Source: an uncultured Clostridiaceae bacterium (GTDB lineage Bacteria > Bacillota > Clostridia > DUPQ01). From it: a DNA stretch of 64,000 nucleotides. Below the pieces are notes generated by a model that was not told the origin of the DNA, ran no database searches, and saw nothing but the letters and a program-made list of their open reading frames with translations. Every line of letters begins with the position of its first letter. The stretch's first letter is position 1. The stretch covers positions 40,310 through 104,309 of the forward strand of contig CAZLVL010000008.1 of assembly GCA_964563155.1 (NCBI GenBank), given 5' to 3'. The translations under genes and the position numbers were made by a program. Below are positions 31,190 to 41,375 of this stretch, one piece after another.

Positions 31190-31813
31190 ATGTTTTGTTC
31201 AAATTGTGGAAATAAAGTGGAACCTAATCAGGCCTTTTGTGCTAATTGTGGAAATAGGCTTAAGAACCCAAATTTGACACCTACAAACCAAACAAGTACA
31301 GCTACACAAGAACCAGTAGTAGCAAAAGCTAACTTCATACGGCCATCTTGGCTTTTAAGAACCAATAGAAAACTATCCATGCTCAAATTTGCAATATGTA
31401 ATATTGTTTTTTATCAAGATTACTTAATTCTAGCTCATTTAAGTAAAGAAAGACAAAATGCAGAGATTGCCCAACTACAAACTCAACTAAAGCAAAATAA
31501 TACTGGCTTTTTTAAGGGTAGTGCTGAAATGATGAAGTTTTGGGCCAGTTACCACCTTAAGTATCAAGACATGGCTCCAGAAGCAATTTTAGGAGAAGAT
31601 CCTATGAATAGGGTCATAAATTATAATCAAATTATGAAGTTTAAATACAGGGCCCTAGACACTGACATAGATGGTCAAAGAAGCGGTGGCAGTTTATCCA
31701 TTGAACTTGTTGGTGGTGAAAAACTTAACTTTTCCCATGAACTAAGCCACAAAAAAGACATAAAGGTCTTTTTAGAATCTATACTTGGTAATAGGTTGAA
31801 TTATAGAAAATAG
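31190..31813 (+). CDS. Zinc-ribbon domain hypothetical protein
   Basis: N-terminal CSNCGN...CANCGN double C-x2-C. The rest has no recognisable motif. Confidence 0.6.
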   Translation: MFCSNCGNKVEPNQAFCANCGNRLKNPNLTPTNQTSTATQEPVVAKANFIRPSWLLRTNRKLSMLKFAICNIVFYQDYLILAHLSKERQNAEIAQLQTQLKQNNTGFFKGSAEMMKFWASYHLKYQDMAPEAILGEDPMNRVINYNQIMKFKYRALDTDIDGQRSGGSLSIELVGGEKLNFSHELSHKKDIKVFLESILGNRLNYRK

Positions 31814-31826
31814 TTCTTTTTCAGCA

Positions 31827-33611
31827 TTAAATTATCTCAACTATTTCTCTAACAAGATTAGGGTCAAATTGTAGGCCCGCCATTTCTAAAAGCTCATTTT
31901 TAGCTTGGTCTTGTGTTAAAGCTTTTTTATAGGGCCTTCCTGCCAGCATAACATCATAAGAATCTAGTATTGAAAATATTCTAGATAACTTTGGTATCTC
32001 TTCTTCTTTTAGACCTAAAGGATAACCTATACCATCCCATCTTTCATGATGGTATAAAATATGCTCACTGGTATGATTTAAACTACTTATAGATTGACTG
32101 ATTCTGTATCCTATCTCAGGATGCTTTTGAACCATTTCCCATTCATTTTTACTTAGTTTATCATTCTTTGAAAACATTCTTCTATTCAAACCTATGTAGC
32201 CAATGTCATGATAATGGGAAAGCTTTTTTAAGGTATCAATTTCTTTAGAGCTAAGATTCATGTGTTTTCCAACTTTTTCTGAAAGAGCAACCAGCCTTAA
32301 GGTATGTTCTTTTGTTTCAGTCCCATAGCTAAAAACTTCTTTCATCATAGCACTTAAGACATCCTTGTTGTAGTTAGCATGGGTTCTACCCTTATCCTTG
32401 TACATATCTTCTTCAGCTTTTGCTAAAAGTCCTGTAATAGAAAGGGCCTTGTTATTAAGAGTGGATTTACCTAAAGAAAGACTAGCAAAAAAACTAGGCT
32501 TTTCACTTTTCATGTTTTGGTCACACTTATTATAAATTTCATCTAGATAGCTTTGGGTGGTTAATTCATCTGTCTTTTTTAATAAAATAACAAACTGGTC
32601 TCCTCCGACTCTAGCAATTATGGCATCTTTTGGAATAATACTTTTAAAACAATTTGCTATAGCCTTTATAGTTTCATCCCCATAATAAATACCCAAGGCA
32701 TCATTTATAATTTTAAGTCCTTTTATTTCCGCATATATAAGTGAAAGTGGAAGGTCATCTTGTTCAATCTGTTTTTGTAGATATTGGAAGATATAATCTT
32801 TGTTATAAAAACCAGTAAGAGAGTCATGGTTACTTAAATAGAAAATCTCTTTTTCCTTAGCTTTTCTTTCAGTAATATCTTTTGAAATACCAACTAATCC
32901 AATACATCTATTTTCATGGTCTAGTAAGGGAGTTTTTTCAATTTTAAAGACATGAAGTTTATCTTCATCTTTTTTATATACTTCATATTGACCAGAAACC
33001 TTTTCTTGAAATTCTACAACATCCTTATCCAAATGGGAGTAGTATCCCTTTTCATAGGGTCCAAATATGTCTTGGTCTGATTTATTTAAGCAATCTGTTA
33101 TACTCAAATTATTAAAGTCCAAAAAAGCTTTATTACATCCTAAGTACCTGTAATTTACATCCTTGTAATATATTTGGTCTGTAACTGAATCTATGAGGGC
33201 TTGAAGAGTAAGAGCCTTTATGCTTTCTTCTTCCATTAATTTTGTTAACTTAATATTACTATTATCTAAGCTAGCATTGGCCTTCTTTAAATCCCTGTTG
33301 GCAGCTTCTGTCTTTTTAAGAGCCCTGTATATTAACATATATATAACTAGAGCTGTAACTGAGACATAAAAAAGTCCTTTACCAATATTCAGATGTAAAT
33401 AGTTATCTAAGTCTTCTAAAAAAGTTATTACAAGATGGTCGGTTATTAAAATCCATGCACACCCTAAAATGAAATATATTAAGGTTATGAATAGTGCTTT
33501 TTTATTAAAAAATTTGTTTGTAAAAACAGATACTTTTTTTGTCTCATCCTTGGTAGAGTTTTTTCTTGTGTTTTTACTTTCTTTACTAAATACTTTCATA
33601 ATACCTTTCAT
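31827..33611 (-). CDS. Membrane PAS sensor with degenerate GGDEF (GGDQF) and HD-GYP c-di-GMP phosphodiesterase domains
   Basis: Two N-terminal TM helices. PAS-like segment. GGDEF-domain block with RVGGDQF replacing GG(D/E)EF. HD...HHERWDGIGYP signature of HD-GYP. Confidence 0.8.
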   Translation of the reverse strand: MKGIMKVFSKESKNTRKNSTKDETKKVSVFTNKFFNKKALFITLIYFILGCAWILITDHLVITFLEDLDNYLHLNIGKGLFYVSVTALVIYMLIYRALKKTEAANRDLKKANASLDNSNIKLTKLMEEESIKALTLQALIDSVTDQIYYKDVNYRYLGCNKAFLDFNNLSITDCLNKSDQDIFGPYEKGYYSHLDKDVVEFQEKVSGQYEVYKKDEDKLHVFKIEKTPLLDHENRCIGLVGISKDITERKAKEKEIFYLSNHDSLTGFYNKDYIFQYLQKQIEQDDLPLSLIYAEIKGLKIINDALGIYYGDETIKAIANCFKSIIPKDAIIARVGGDQFVILLKKTDELTTQSYLDEIYNKCDQNMKSEKPSFFASLSLGKSTLNNKALSITGLLAKAEEDMYKDKGRTHANYNKDVLSAMMKEVFSYGTETKEHTLRLVALSEKVGKHMNLSSKEIDTLKKLSHYHDIGYIGLNRRMFSKNDKLSKNEWEMVQKHPEIGYRISQSISSLNHTSEHILYHHERWDGIGYPLGLKEEEIPKLSRIFSILDSYDVMLAGRPYKKALTQDQAKNELLEMAGLQFDPNLVREIVEII

Positions 33612-33823
33612 TTTTCATAAGTGTGACAAATGCAAGTTTCTTCTAAGTGCTTACCAAAAAGGTCAATTTTAAAAAAATATCAAGGTTGAAAAATCGCAAA
33701 ATCTAAACCAAAAGATCCTCTCAATTTTCTCCCCTTAAGTTAGCATTATACTAAAAAATGAAAGTTTTACAAAGGAAAAATTTGAAGTTTTTCCAGATTC
33801 CCTAGATTATTTGCAAAATTAAT

Positions 33824-33858
33824 GACCAGGTAATAAATTTTACTTTATTTACCTGGTC
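33824..33858 (-). terminator. Hairpin terminator closing the che operon (perfect 10-bp stem GACCAGGTAA/TTACCTGGTC)
   Basis: Sits 44 bp after the mcp stop. T-rich on both flanks. Implies the HD-GYP gene has its own promoter. Confidence 0.5.
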
Positions 33859-33901
33859 TTTTGAAAATATTTCTCTTTTATTTACTCAATTGTAATAACT
33901 T

Positions 33902-35710
33902 TTAATACTTACCCAAATCTATTTGAGGCTTGGTTTGGCTCCCATTATTTGCTTTTTCCCTACTACTCTTATGAGATTTGCTATCTTGCCATTCATCATC
34001 AAATCTTGCTCTACTGCCTAAGTTATCTTCTCTAAGTTTGAACTTAGCAATTTCTTCATCTAAAGCCAAAGCTTGAGCTGCCATTTCCTCACTGGTTGCA
34101 GAGTTTTCTTCTGCTGTTGCAGCGTTTGTTTGAACCACATTGGATACTTGGGCTAAGCCACTTCTAATTTGTTCAATGGCACTTGCTTGGTCACCAGAGG
34201 ATATTTCAATTCTAGAAAAGCTTTCAGAAATATGCAATGCACTTTCTTTAATCTCGTTTAGGATTTCTGCAGTCTTTTTAGTTATATCAGCTCCAGATTT
34301 TACATTACTTACAGAACCACTTATTAAATCAGCTGTTTGATTAGCTGCCTCTGCTGATTTACCAGCCAAGGAACGAACCTCATCTGCTACGACAGCAAAA
34401 CCTTTTCCAGCCTCTCCCGCTCTAGCAGCTTCAATAGCTGCATTTAGGGCTAGTATATTTGTTTGGAAGGCAATGTCTTCAATGACCTTGGTAATTTGAG
34501 AAATCTGCTGGGAGGACCTTTCAATTTCAAACATAGCATCTGATAAATCAGCCATGAATTTATTCCCCTCTTCAATATCTTTTTCTGCCTTTGCAACAAA
34601 GCCTGTAGCTTCATTTACATTTTCTGAGTTTTCTGCAGCTTGATTAGCAACTAAGACAATGGAGCTATTTAATTCTTCTACTGAAGAAGCTTGTTCAGCT
34701 GAACCAGATGCTAGAGCTTGAGCTCCAGATGCAACTTGAGATGAACCTTGGGATACTTCTTGAGCAGCTCTATTAATATTACCCATAGTACTATTCAAAG
34801 CATCAAAGGTGCTATCAATGTATTCTTTTAATAAAGCAAAGTCTCCAGGATAGTTGACATTGGACTCTCTAGTCAAATCCCCATCAGACAAGGCAGCTAG
34901 CCTTTCAATAAGATCTTTAATAATTAGGCCTTCTTGGTCATTGGCAGTTCTTATTAAATCTGCCATTTGGCCAATTTCATCTCTTGATCTGTAATTTATA
35001 ACTGTATTTTTATTACCTTGGGCAACTTCTTTATATACTTCCATAATTTCTACAACTGGTGAAACAATGGATTTTCTTAAGGTAAAAGATAGGACAAGGG
35101 TTAATAAGATGGTTACTCCACCACTTATGGCCATAATGACATAGGCTAAGGACACTGCTTCTTTTCCATCTACATATTGCTGGTCAGCCCTTATTTCTGC
35201 TGTTCTTTGGAATTCATCAAAAATTGCAGATACCTTATCCATAAGAGGAATATAATCTTTATACATTATATCAATTGCTTGTTCATGACTTTCTAAAGTA
35301 TCTTCTTTTACAAGTCTTTCTACCTCTCTTCTTATGGCTCCCGCTTCTCTAGACATAGTATCAGCCAAGATAATCTCTTTTTCTCTAGCATTATCTCTTT
35401 GATTATTTTTGTATCTTTCCAATTCGTCTAAAAACTCAACTCCAAGAGTTTGGGCTTCAGAAAATAAGGCGTCTCTACTAGCAATATCTTTTTCAGATAA
35501 GCCTAAAGCCATGTTCCTTTGGATACGGACAGCAAATTCATCTAGTTTTGTAACACTTACGCTGTTTGGTAAGGTATATATTGCATATGAGTCAATTTGC
35601 TCACTTATTTCGTTAATGCTATAGATCTCAAAACCTATGACCACTACTAGCATCAACAAAACAACTCCAAAGGCTAAAAGTAATCTTGTACCTATTTTTA
35701 AATTCTTCAT
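33902..35710 (-). CDS. Methyl-accepting chemotaxis protein
   Basis: N-terminal TM, periplasmic helical sensor, second TM, HAMP, and a highly conserved MCP signalling domain ([29 protein letters not shown]). Confidence 0.9.
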   Translation of the reverse strand: MKNLKIGTRLLLAFGVVLLMLVVVIGFEIYSINEISEQIDSYAIYTLPNSVSVTKLDEFAVRIQRNMALGLSEKDIASRDALFSEAQTLGVEFLDELERYKNNQRDNAREKEIILADTMSREAGAIRREVERLVKEDTLESHEQAIDIMYKDYIPLMDKVSAIFDEFQRTAEIRADQQYVDGKEAVSLAYVIMAISGGVTILLTLVLSFTLRKSIVSPVVEIMEVYKEVAQGNKNTVINYRSRDEIGQMADLIRTANDQEGLIIKDLIERLAALSDGDLTRESNVNYPGDFALLKEYIDSTFDALNSTMGNINRAAQEVSQGSSQVASGAQALASGSAEQASSVEELNSSIVLVANQAAENSENVNEATGFVAKAEKDIEEGNKFMADLSDAMFEIERSSQQISQITKVIEDIAFQTNILALNAAIEAARAGEAGKGFAVVADEVRSLAGKSAEAANQTADLISGSVSNVKSGADITKKTAEILNEIKESALHISESFSRIEISSGDQASAIEQIRSGLAQVSNVVQTNAATAEENSATSEEMAAQALALDEEIAKFKLREDNLGSRARFDDEWQDSKSHKSSREKANNGSQTKPQIDLGKY

Positions 35711-35788
35711 TCTTCTTCCCTCGCTTTACAAATATTTTTATATTTCTTTTTCATTCCATCGTTTTATATATATTATTTTCCCTTCACC

Positions 35789-36802
35789 CTATCTCAGCAT
35801 CCCATAAAGGGTCTTAGGTATGTCATTTAGTGAAACTTGTCTTTCCACTGCCCCTATTTCATAAGCTACTCTTGGCATGCCATATACCACTGAGGAAGCT
35901 TGGTCTTGTCCTAAGGTTCTTGCCCCCATTTGTCTCATTCTTAAAAGTCCTTTGGCCCCATCACTTCCCATACCGGTCAGAATTACTCCTATGCAATTAG
36001 CCTTAGCCTCTTGGGCAATGGAATTAAAAAGCACATCCACTGAAGGACAATGGCCATTGACTCTTTCACCTGAAAAGCACTCCACTTTGAATCGTCCACC
36101 AATCTTTTTAATTCTCATGTGCATATCTCCTGGTGCTACTACAACTTGCCCCTTATCTACATAATCTCCATTTACTGCTTCTTTTACTTCAAAGTTAGTT
36201 TGGTTATTTAATCTTTGAGCAAACATATTGGAAAAAACAGCTGGTATATGTTGAACTATGAAAATTGGAGGAAGGTCTCCTGGTAGGGCTGTTAGTATGC
36301 TAGAAATTGCTTCTGTTCCTCCTGTAGATGCTCCTATGCCAATAACTAGGTCTTGGGATTTTTCCAGCTTACCTGAGATTTTTTCTAAGGGCTTTGTTTG
36401 CTCCTTGGGTCTTTGTTTTACCAAACTAGCCATCTTTATTTTCTCCAAAAGATCCTTTTTAAAGGTAGCTAGGGCATTTTTATCTCCCATTTTAGGTTTT
36501 GATACAAAATCCACAGCTCCAGCTTGCATAGCTTCAAAGACACTTGTATCTATTGAGCTCATCATTACTACTGGTACAAAGTATTGGGGAAGTAGTCGTT
36601 TAACAAATTCAGTACCAGACATGCCAGGCATAATGACATCGCAGATTACCACATCAGGTTTGGTCTTTAAGATCAAATCGCTGGCTTCAAAGGGATCTTT
36701 TGCAAGTCCAACAACCTTAACTTTATTATCTTCTTCTAATAATCTAGCTAAGATCTCTCTAAATAATGGGCTGTCATCTACAATAAGGACCTTTATACTC
36801 AC
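35789..36802 (-). CDS. cheB: Chemotaxis response regulator protein-glutamate methylesterase CheB
   Basis: REC domain (VLIVDDS...D at position 55) plus a methylesterase domain with a GASTGG loop and catalytic S/H/D context. Confidence 0.9.
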   Translation of the reverse strand: MSIKVLIVDDSPLFREILARLLEEDNKVKVVGLAKDPFEASDLILKTKPDVVICDVIMPGMSGTEFVKRLLPQYFVPVVMMSSIDTSVFEAMQAGAVDFVSKPKMGDKNALATFKKDLLEKIKMASLVKQRPKEQTKPLEKISGKLEKSQDLVIGIGASTGGTEAISSILTALPGDLPPIFIVQHIPAVFSNMFAQRLNNQTNFEVKEAVNGDYVDKGQVVVAPGDMHMRIKKIGGRFKVECFSGERVNGHCPSVDVLFNSIAQEAKANCIGVILTGMGSDGAKGLLRMRQMGARTLGQDQASSVVYGMPRVAYEIGAVERQVSLNDIPKTLYGMLR

Positions 36803-36813
36803 TTGTTTTTCCC

Positions 36814-37644
36814 CTATTCTTTTACGTAGACAGCAGGCATAAGATACTTAAATTTGCTGCTCTCTCTGTTTAGGCTTTCTGAATGTCCTACAAATAAAAA
36901 GCCTCCCGGTTCTGTCACATGATACAAGCGGTCTATTAATTCATTTTTTGTTTGGTTATCGAAGTAAATCATGACATTTCTACAAAAGATTACATGCATC
37001 TTTTTTCTAAAAGGAAAAGTTTTATCCATAAGGTTAAGCCTAGCAAAAACTACTTCTTTCTTAATTTTGTCATTTACTACCACATTGTCCTTGTCAAAAT
37101 AATCAAAGTATTTACTTTTCCAAGAATTAGGCAAAGGAGCAATTCTTTCTTTGGAGTAGACCCCTTTTTTTGCCACATTTAAAACCTTTTGAGATATATC
37201 TGTTGCTAAAACCTTTGTATCCCATAAAGATTTATTTGTACTAAAGTGTTCGTCTAGTAGCATAGCTAAGGTATATGCTTCTTCTCCACTAGAACAAGCT
37301 GCACTCCATATCCTTAGGTCCTTATCTCTAACCCTATGCTCTAAAAGTGGCAAAACAGATTTAGAGAAGAAATTGAAATGTTCAGCTTCTCTCATAAAAA
37401 AGGTATGGTTTGTAGTGATTCTGTCCAACATAACAGAGGCAGCACTGCCACTTTTATCTTCTATTACATACTCAATGTAATCTTCAAGACTATTAATATT
37501 AAGATTTTTCATTAAAGGGCCCAATCTTCCAGCAATTAAGGTTTTCTTTTCGTTTTTAAAATGAATCCCATAATTGTCTCTTACATATTGGGCAAAGCTA
37601 TTAAATTCCTTATCTTTAATATCAATCATAAGAGTATTTTCCAT
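36814..37644 (-). CDS. cheR: Chemotaxis protein methyltransferase CheR
   Basis: CheR N-terminal helical domain plus SAM-binding motif (IWSAACSSGEEAYTLAM). Confidence 0.9.
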   Translation of the reverse strand: MENTLMIDIKDKEFNSFAQYVRDNYGIHFKNEKKTLIAGRLGPLMKNLNINSLEDYIEYVIEDKSGSAASVMLDRITTNHTFFMREAEHFNFFSKSVLPLLEHRVRDKDLRIWSAACSSGEEAYTLAMLLDEHFSTNKSLWDTKVLATDISQKVLNVAKKGVYSKERIAPLPNSWKSKYFDYFDKDNVVVNDKIKKEVVFARLNLMDKTFPFRKKMHVIFCRNVMIYFDNQTKNELIDRLYHVTEPGGFLFVGHSESLNRESSKFKYLMPAVYVKE

Positions 37645-37713
37645 CCCTTAAACCTTATAGATTTATTGTTTTTTAAAAGAAAAACTATTTTACTTTTATA
37701 TATTTTTAATTTA

Positions 37714-38211
37714 TTATTCAGCTGATTTAATTTGTTCAAGATCATCCTCACTTAATAGTAACTGACAGTCCAAAAGCAAGATAACCTTATCATCGTTTTT
37801 ACCAATTCCTTTTATGTAGCGATTGCCTGTTTTATTAATTTCAGGTGGTGGTGCAATGTCTTCATCTTCTAAAGTTAAGACCTCAGCAACACTATCAGCT
37901 ATTAAGCCTATGGCTAAATCATTGGTATCAATAACAATAATGCAGGTTCTTCCGTCATGTTCTCGCTCTTCTTTTTTGAATCTTAATCTGGCATCCATAA
38001 CAGGAATAATTTTTCCTCTAAGATTGGTTACACCTTTTACATAATTAGGCATTTCAGGAACCTGAGTTATGGGTTGGATCCCTATAATTTCTGTGATATA
38101 GCGTATTTCCATACCATAGAGTTCTTTTCCTAAATTGAAAATGAGATATTTTCCCTTTAGGGTATCTTCTTCTTCAATTTTTATGGAATCAATAAAATCC
38201 CTTTGAGTCAT
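37714..38211 (-). CDS. cheW: Chemotaxis coupling protein CheW
   Basis: 165 aa CheW-like domain (GKYLIFNLGKELYGMEI...). Confidence 0.9.
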   Translation of the reverse strand: MTQRDFIDSIKIEEEDTLKGKYLIFNLGKELYGMEIRYITEIIGIQPITQVPEMPNYVKGVTNLRGKIIPVMDARLRFKKEEREHDGRTCIIVIDTNDLAIGLIADSVAEVLTLEDEDIAPPPEINKTGNRYIKGIGKNDDKVILLLDCQLLLSEDDLEQIKSAE

Positions 38212-38230
38212 TTCAATATCCTCCCTTTTT

Positions 38231-40300
38231 TTAAGACATATTCATTAGTCCGCCAATATTTAATATGAGGCTGATGCTACCGTCTCCTAAAAGAGTGCAG
38301 CCAGCCAAACCTTCCACCTTTTTAATGTTAACCATGTAAAGGGGTAAGGATTTTACAACAACCTGATGTTGACCTAGTAGTTCATCGGCAAAAAGACAGA
38401 AATATGAATCATCCTGCTCCAACATTAATACAATTCCCTTTTCTAGGTCCTCTTCTCCCTCTTCAATTTCAAAGACTTCCTTTAAACGCAAGAGACTATA
38501 ACATTCTCCTCTAACCATAATCATTTCATTGTGGTCAGGGTCTTCAAAAACTTGTCCCTCTAAAGGCCTAAAGGTCTCTTTTATGGATATGGTTGGAAGA
38601 GTATATATAGATTCACCTACTCGAATGTTCATGCCATCTATGATGGCTAGGGTTAAAGGGATTTTCAGTGTGGTAACTGTGCCCTCCCCCTCTTTGCTGT
38701 CAATATAGACAGAGCCTCCAATGGCCTCAAGATTTCTTACTACCACATCCATACCCACTCCCCTACCTGAGTATTCAGTAACCTCATCATTGGTAGAAAA
38801 ACCAGGTAAGAGAATAAGGTTGTAAATTTCCTTATCTGTTATTTCATCTCTTTTTTTATTTATCAAACCTAGGTCATAGGCCTTTTTAAAGATTTTTTCC
38901 TTATCAATACCTCCACCATCATCTTTAACCATAATGACTACATCGCTGCCTGCATTTTTGGCTTCTAAAACAATGGTTCCAGTTTCTTTTTTACCTGCAT
39001 CTATTCTTTTTTCTATTGCCTCTATACCGTGGTCCACTGCATTTCTCACTAAATGCATTAGTGGATCTGAAATATGCTCAATTATATTTTTATCTACTTC
39101 GGTTTCTTCTCCAACTATTCTTAGCTCCACCTTCTTACCTAGTTTTCTGCTGGTATCTCTAACCAATCTTTGCATTTTATGGAAAGAAGCTGACAAGGGC
39201 ACCATTCTTATGGACATGACCATGTCTTGCATTTCATCTGTGATTTTTCTAAGTTGCCTTGCTGCCTTTTGGAAGTTTTCCAGCTCATTAATCTCGCCTA
39301 AGTCTGGATTTTGTGTAACCATGGCCTCAGCAATAACCATTTCACCCATTAAATCCATAAGCCTGTCTAGTTTTTCCACATCCACAGATATGATACTTTT
39401 GTGGGTATTTCGATTTTCAGCTAAAACTTCATTTAATTGATGCTTTACTCCATCTTTAACTTCATCTTGAGGTATTTCGGTTGGAGTCTCTTTTTCACTT
39501 TCGGCTTGCTCTTCTTTTACTAAGCTTATTTCAAAGTCTTTTATAAAGGCAGTATTTAAAAGAAGGTCATAAATCTCTTTTTCACCTCTTAGAGTTTTTA
39601 AAATTACCTTAAAGCCTTTTTCTCTTATTACCCTGGCACTTTCATTGTTTTCAATAATGTCACTAGGATAATAGCAGTAGTTTTCACTTATATCCTTTAG
39701 ATTGTGGACAATAGAAAAGGCCCTAATGTTTTCCATTTCACAGCCTTCTTCAAAGAATATGATAACCTCAAAAGTGTCTAGCCTACTTGTATTGTTAAAA
39801 GCTTCTAGATTTTGCAGGTTGCCAATATAGCAGACATCCTCTTTTTCAGTATATGTTTCAAAATCTCTTGATTTTTCTCTTTTAATATCTCCATTTTTTA
39901 TAGACTCTAAAAAGTTTTCAATCTTTTCAATTAGATTAAGGGCGTTTCCATCTGGTTTTTTCTCATTTTTTATCTTTTCCAGTTCTACCTTTACAAAGTC
40001 TCCTGCCTCTAAAACTAAGTCTGAAAGATAAGAACAATCTATATCCTTAGGCCCTTCATCCCGGATATAGTAGAAGAGATCTTCTGTATGGTGAGCCAAT
40101 AAAGCTATATTGTCAAAAAGCATCATGGCAGAAGAGCCCTTTATAGTATGCATTATTCTAAATATTTCATTTATAATCTCTTGATTAGATATACCTTCAT
40201 CTTCCAATGTAAATATGGCTTTTTCTAGTTGTTCAATGTTTTGCTCTGTTTCGTATATGAAAACTGCTAAAATAGGATCATTTGAGAAACCCTTTTCCAT
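38231..40300 (-). CDS. cheA: Chemotaxis histidine kinase CheA
   Basis: Hpt domain (IMHTIKGSSAMM), dimerisation domain, HATPase (HLVRNAVDHGIE, GRGVGMDVV) and C-terminal CheW-like P5. No fused receiver domain. Confidence 0.9.
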   Translation of the reverse strand: MEKGFSNDPILAVFIYETEQNIEQLEKAIFTLEDEGISNQEIINEIFRIMHTIKGSSAMMLFDNIALLAHHTEDLFYYIRDEGPKDIDCSYLSDLVLEAGDFVKVELEKIKNEKKPDGNALNLIEKIENFLESIKNGDIKREKSRDFETYTEKEDVCYIGNLQNLEAFNNTSRLDTFEVIIFFEEGCEMENIRAFSIVHNLKDISENYCYYPSDIIENNESARVIREKGFKVILKTLRGEKEIYDLLLNTAFIKDFEISLVKEEQAESEKETPTEIPQDEVKDGVKHQLNEVLAENRNTHKSIISVDVEKLDRLMDLMGEMVIAEAMVTQNPDLGEINELENFQKAARQLRKITDEMQDMVMSIRMVPLSASFHKMQRLVRDTSRKLGKKVELRIVGEETEVDKNIIEHISDPLMHLVRNAVDHGIEAIEKRIDAGKKETGTIVLEAKNAGSDVVIMVKDDGGGIDKEKIFKKAYDLGLINKKRDEITDKEIYNLILLPGFSTNDEVTEYSGRGVGMDVVVRNLEAIGGSVYIDSKEGEGTVTTLKIPLTLAIIDGMNIRVGESIYTLPTISIKETFRPLEGQVFEDPDHNEMIMVRGECYSLLRLKEVFEIEEGEEDLEKGIVLMLEQDDSYFCLFADELLGQHQVVVKSLPLYMVNIKKVEGLAGCTLLGDGSISLILNIGGLMNMS

Positions 40301-40582
40301 TTATTTGCTCCTTTTTGATATATCTTTTGAATCAAATTTAATCACTGCATCTCATATCGGCACTTTTATCCTTTGGTTGAGTTGCTAAATTGTTTTTTTA
40401 GAAAATTCATGAAAAACTTGTAAGAATCATAAAGAAGTAGAGAAAAACCCCATATTAAACTATGTTTGTAATATAATTTAAGAAGAAAGGCAAAATTGCT
40501 ACTACTTTCTTTCTAATATTAGTATTGCTAATAATGGCATAAGGAGGTATATGAATAGTTAAAAACTATATCATCGAAATAA

Positions 40583-40939
40583 ATGAAAATATCAATTAAA
40601 AGAGCATATGAAGAATATGATAAAGAGGATGGCTACAGAATTCTTGTGGATAGACTTTGGCCAAGAGGTCTTAAAAAAGAAAGCTTAAAATTAGATTTGT
40701 GGTTAAAGGATGTTGCCCCTTCTAAAGCTACAAGAGAGGCATTTAATCATAAAGAAGAAAATTTCGAAGACTTTAAGAAAAACTATATCAATGAACTAAA
40801 AACTGACCAAGAAAAACTAAAAGCCATAGAACTGATAAGAAAAATATCAAAAGACCATCACATAACCCTCTTGTATGGAGCAAAGGACAAAACCTTGAAC
40901 CAAGCTAAGGTCTTATGTGACTATTTAGAAGAGATTTGA
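40583..40939 (+). CDS. DUF488 (YeaO-like) family protein
   Basis: IKRAYE..DGYRILVDRLWPRGLKKE...LWLKDVAPS...TLLYGAKD conserved DUF488 blocks. Confidence 0.75.
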   Translation: MKISIKRAYEEYDKEDGYRILVDRLWPRGLKKESLKLDLWLKDVAPSKATREAFNHKEENFEDFKKNYINELKTDQEKLKAIELIRKISKDHHITLLYGAKDKTLNQAKVLCDYLEEI

Positions 40940-40942
40940 TTA

Positions 40943-41215
40943 TCAGAGATGCCTTGGATTGGTTGAAACCAATTCTATGGCTTTAGTAACTGCCATTAAA
41001 ATATCTGCCCTGTGCTGAAAACCTATTGACTCTAATTTAGCATATAGAGCCCCTTTGGATGAAACTACATATTTGGGTACTACTTGATTTAGAGCATAGG
41101 CCTTCATGTCCATTTTGCATTGATCACATTTGCAACAGTCATAAAAACTTAAGATCTCATCTAATTTCTGCTCTACTAAATCTTCCATAGCATTAACTAG
41201 ATAATCTTTTTCCAT
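40943..41215 (-). CDS. comFB: ComFB-family protein (late competence development protein ComFB-like)
   Basis: 90 aa with the characteristic Cys cluster (YDCCKCDQCKMD). Length and motif fit the ComFB domain. Confidence 0.65.
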   Translation of the reverse strand: MEKDYLVNAMEDLVEQKLDEILSFYDCCKCDQCKMDMKAYALNQVVPKYVVSSKGALYAKLESIGFQHRADILMAVTKAIELVSTNPRHL

Positions 41216-41303
41216 TTTATTTTCCTTCCTCCTATTACATAATAATAGTATTTAAGTCTCTAAATAATTGGCCCTTTAGATTAAATCCACTAAAGGAACA
41301 AAA

Positions 41304-41338
41304 AAGTATTGCATTTTTTCTTCTTCTTGCAATACTTA
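41304..41338 (-). terminator. Rho-independent terminator for the MATE gene (perfect 10-bp stem AAGTATTGCA/TGCAATACTT)
   Basis: The hairpin is followed on the minus strand by TTTTTTGTTCC. Located about 40 bp after the MATE stop. Confidence 0.7.
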
Positions 41339-41375
41339 TCGGCACTTTTTTAAAAAACTATATAGGTTAATTGAT

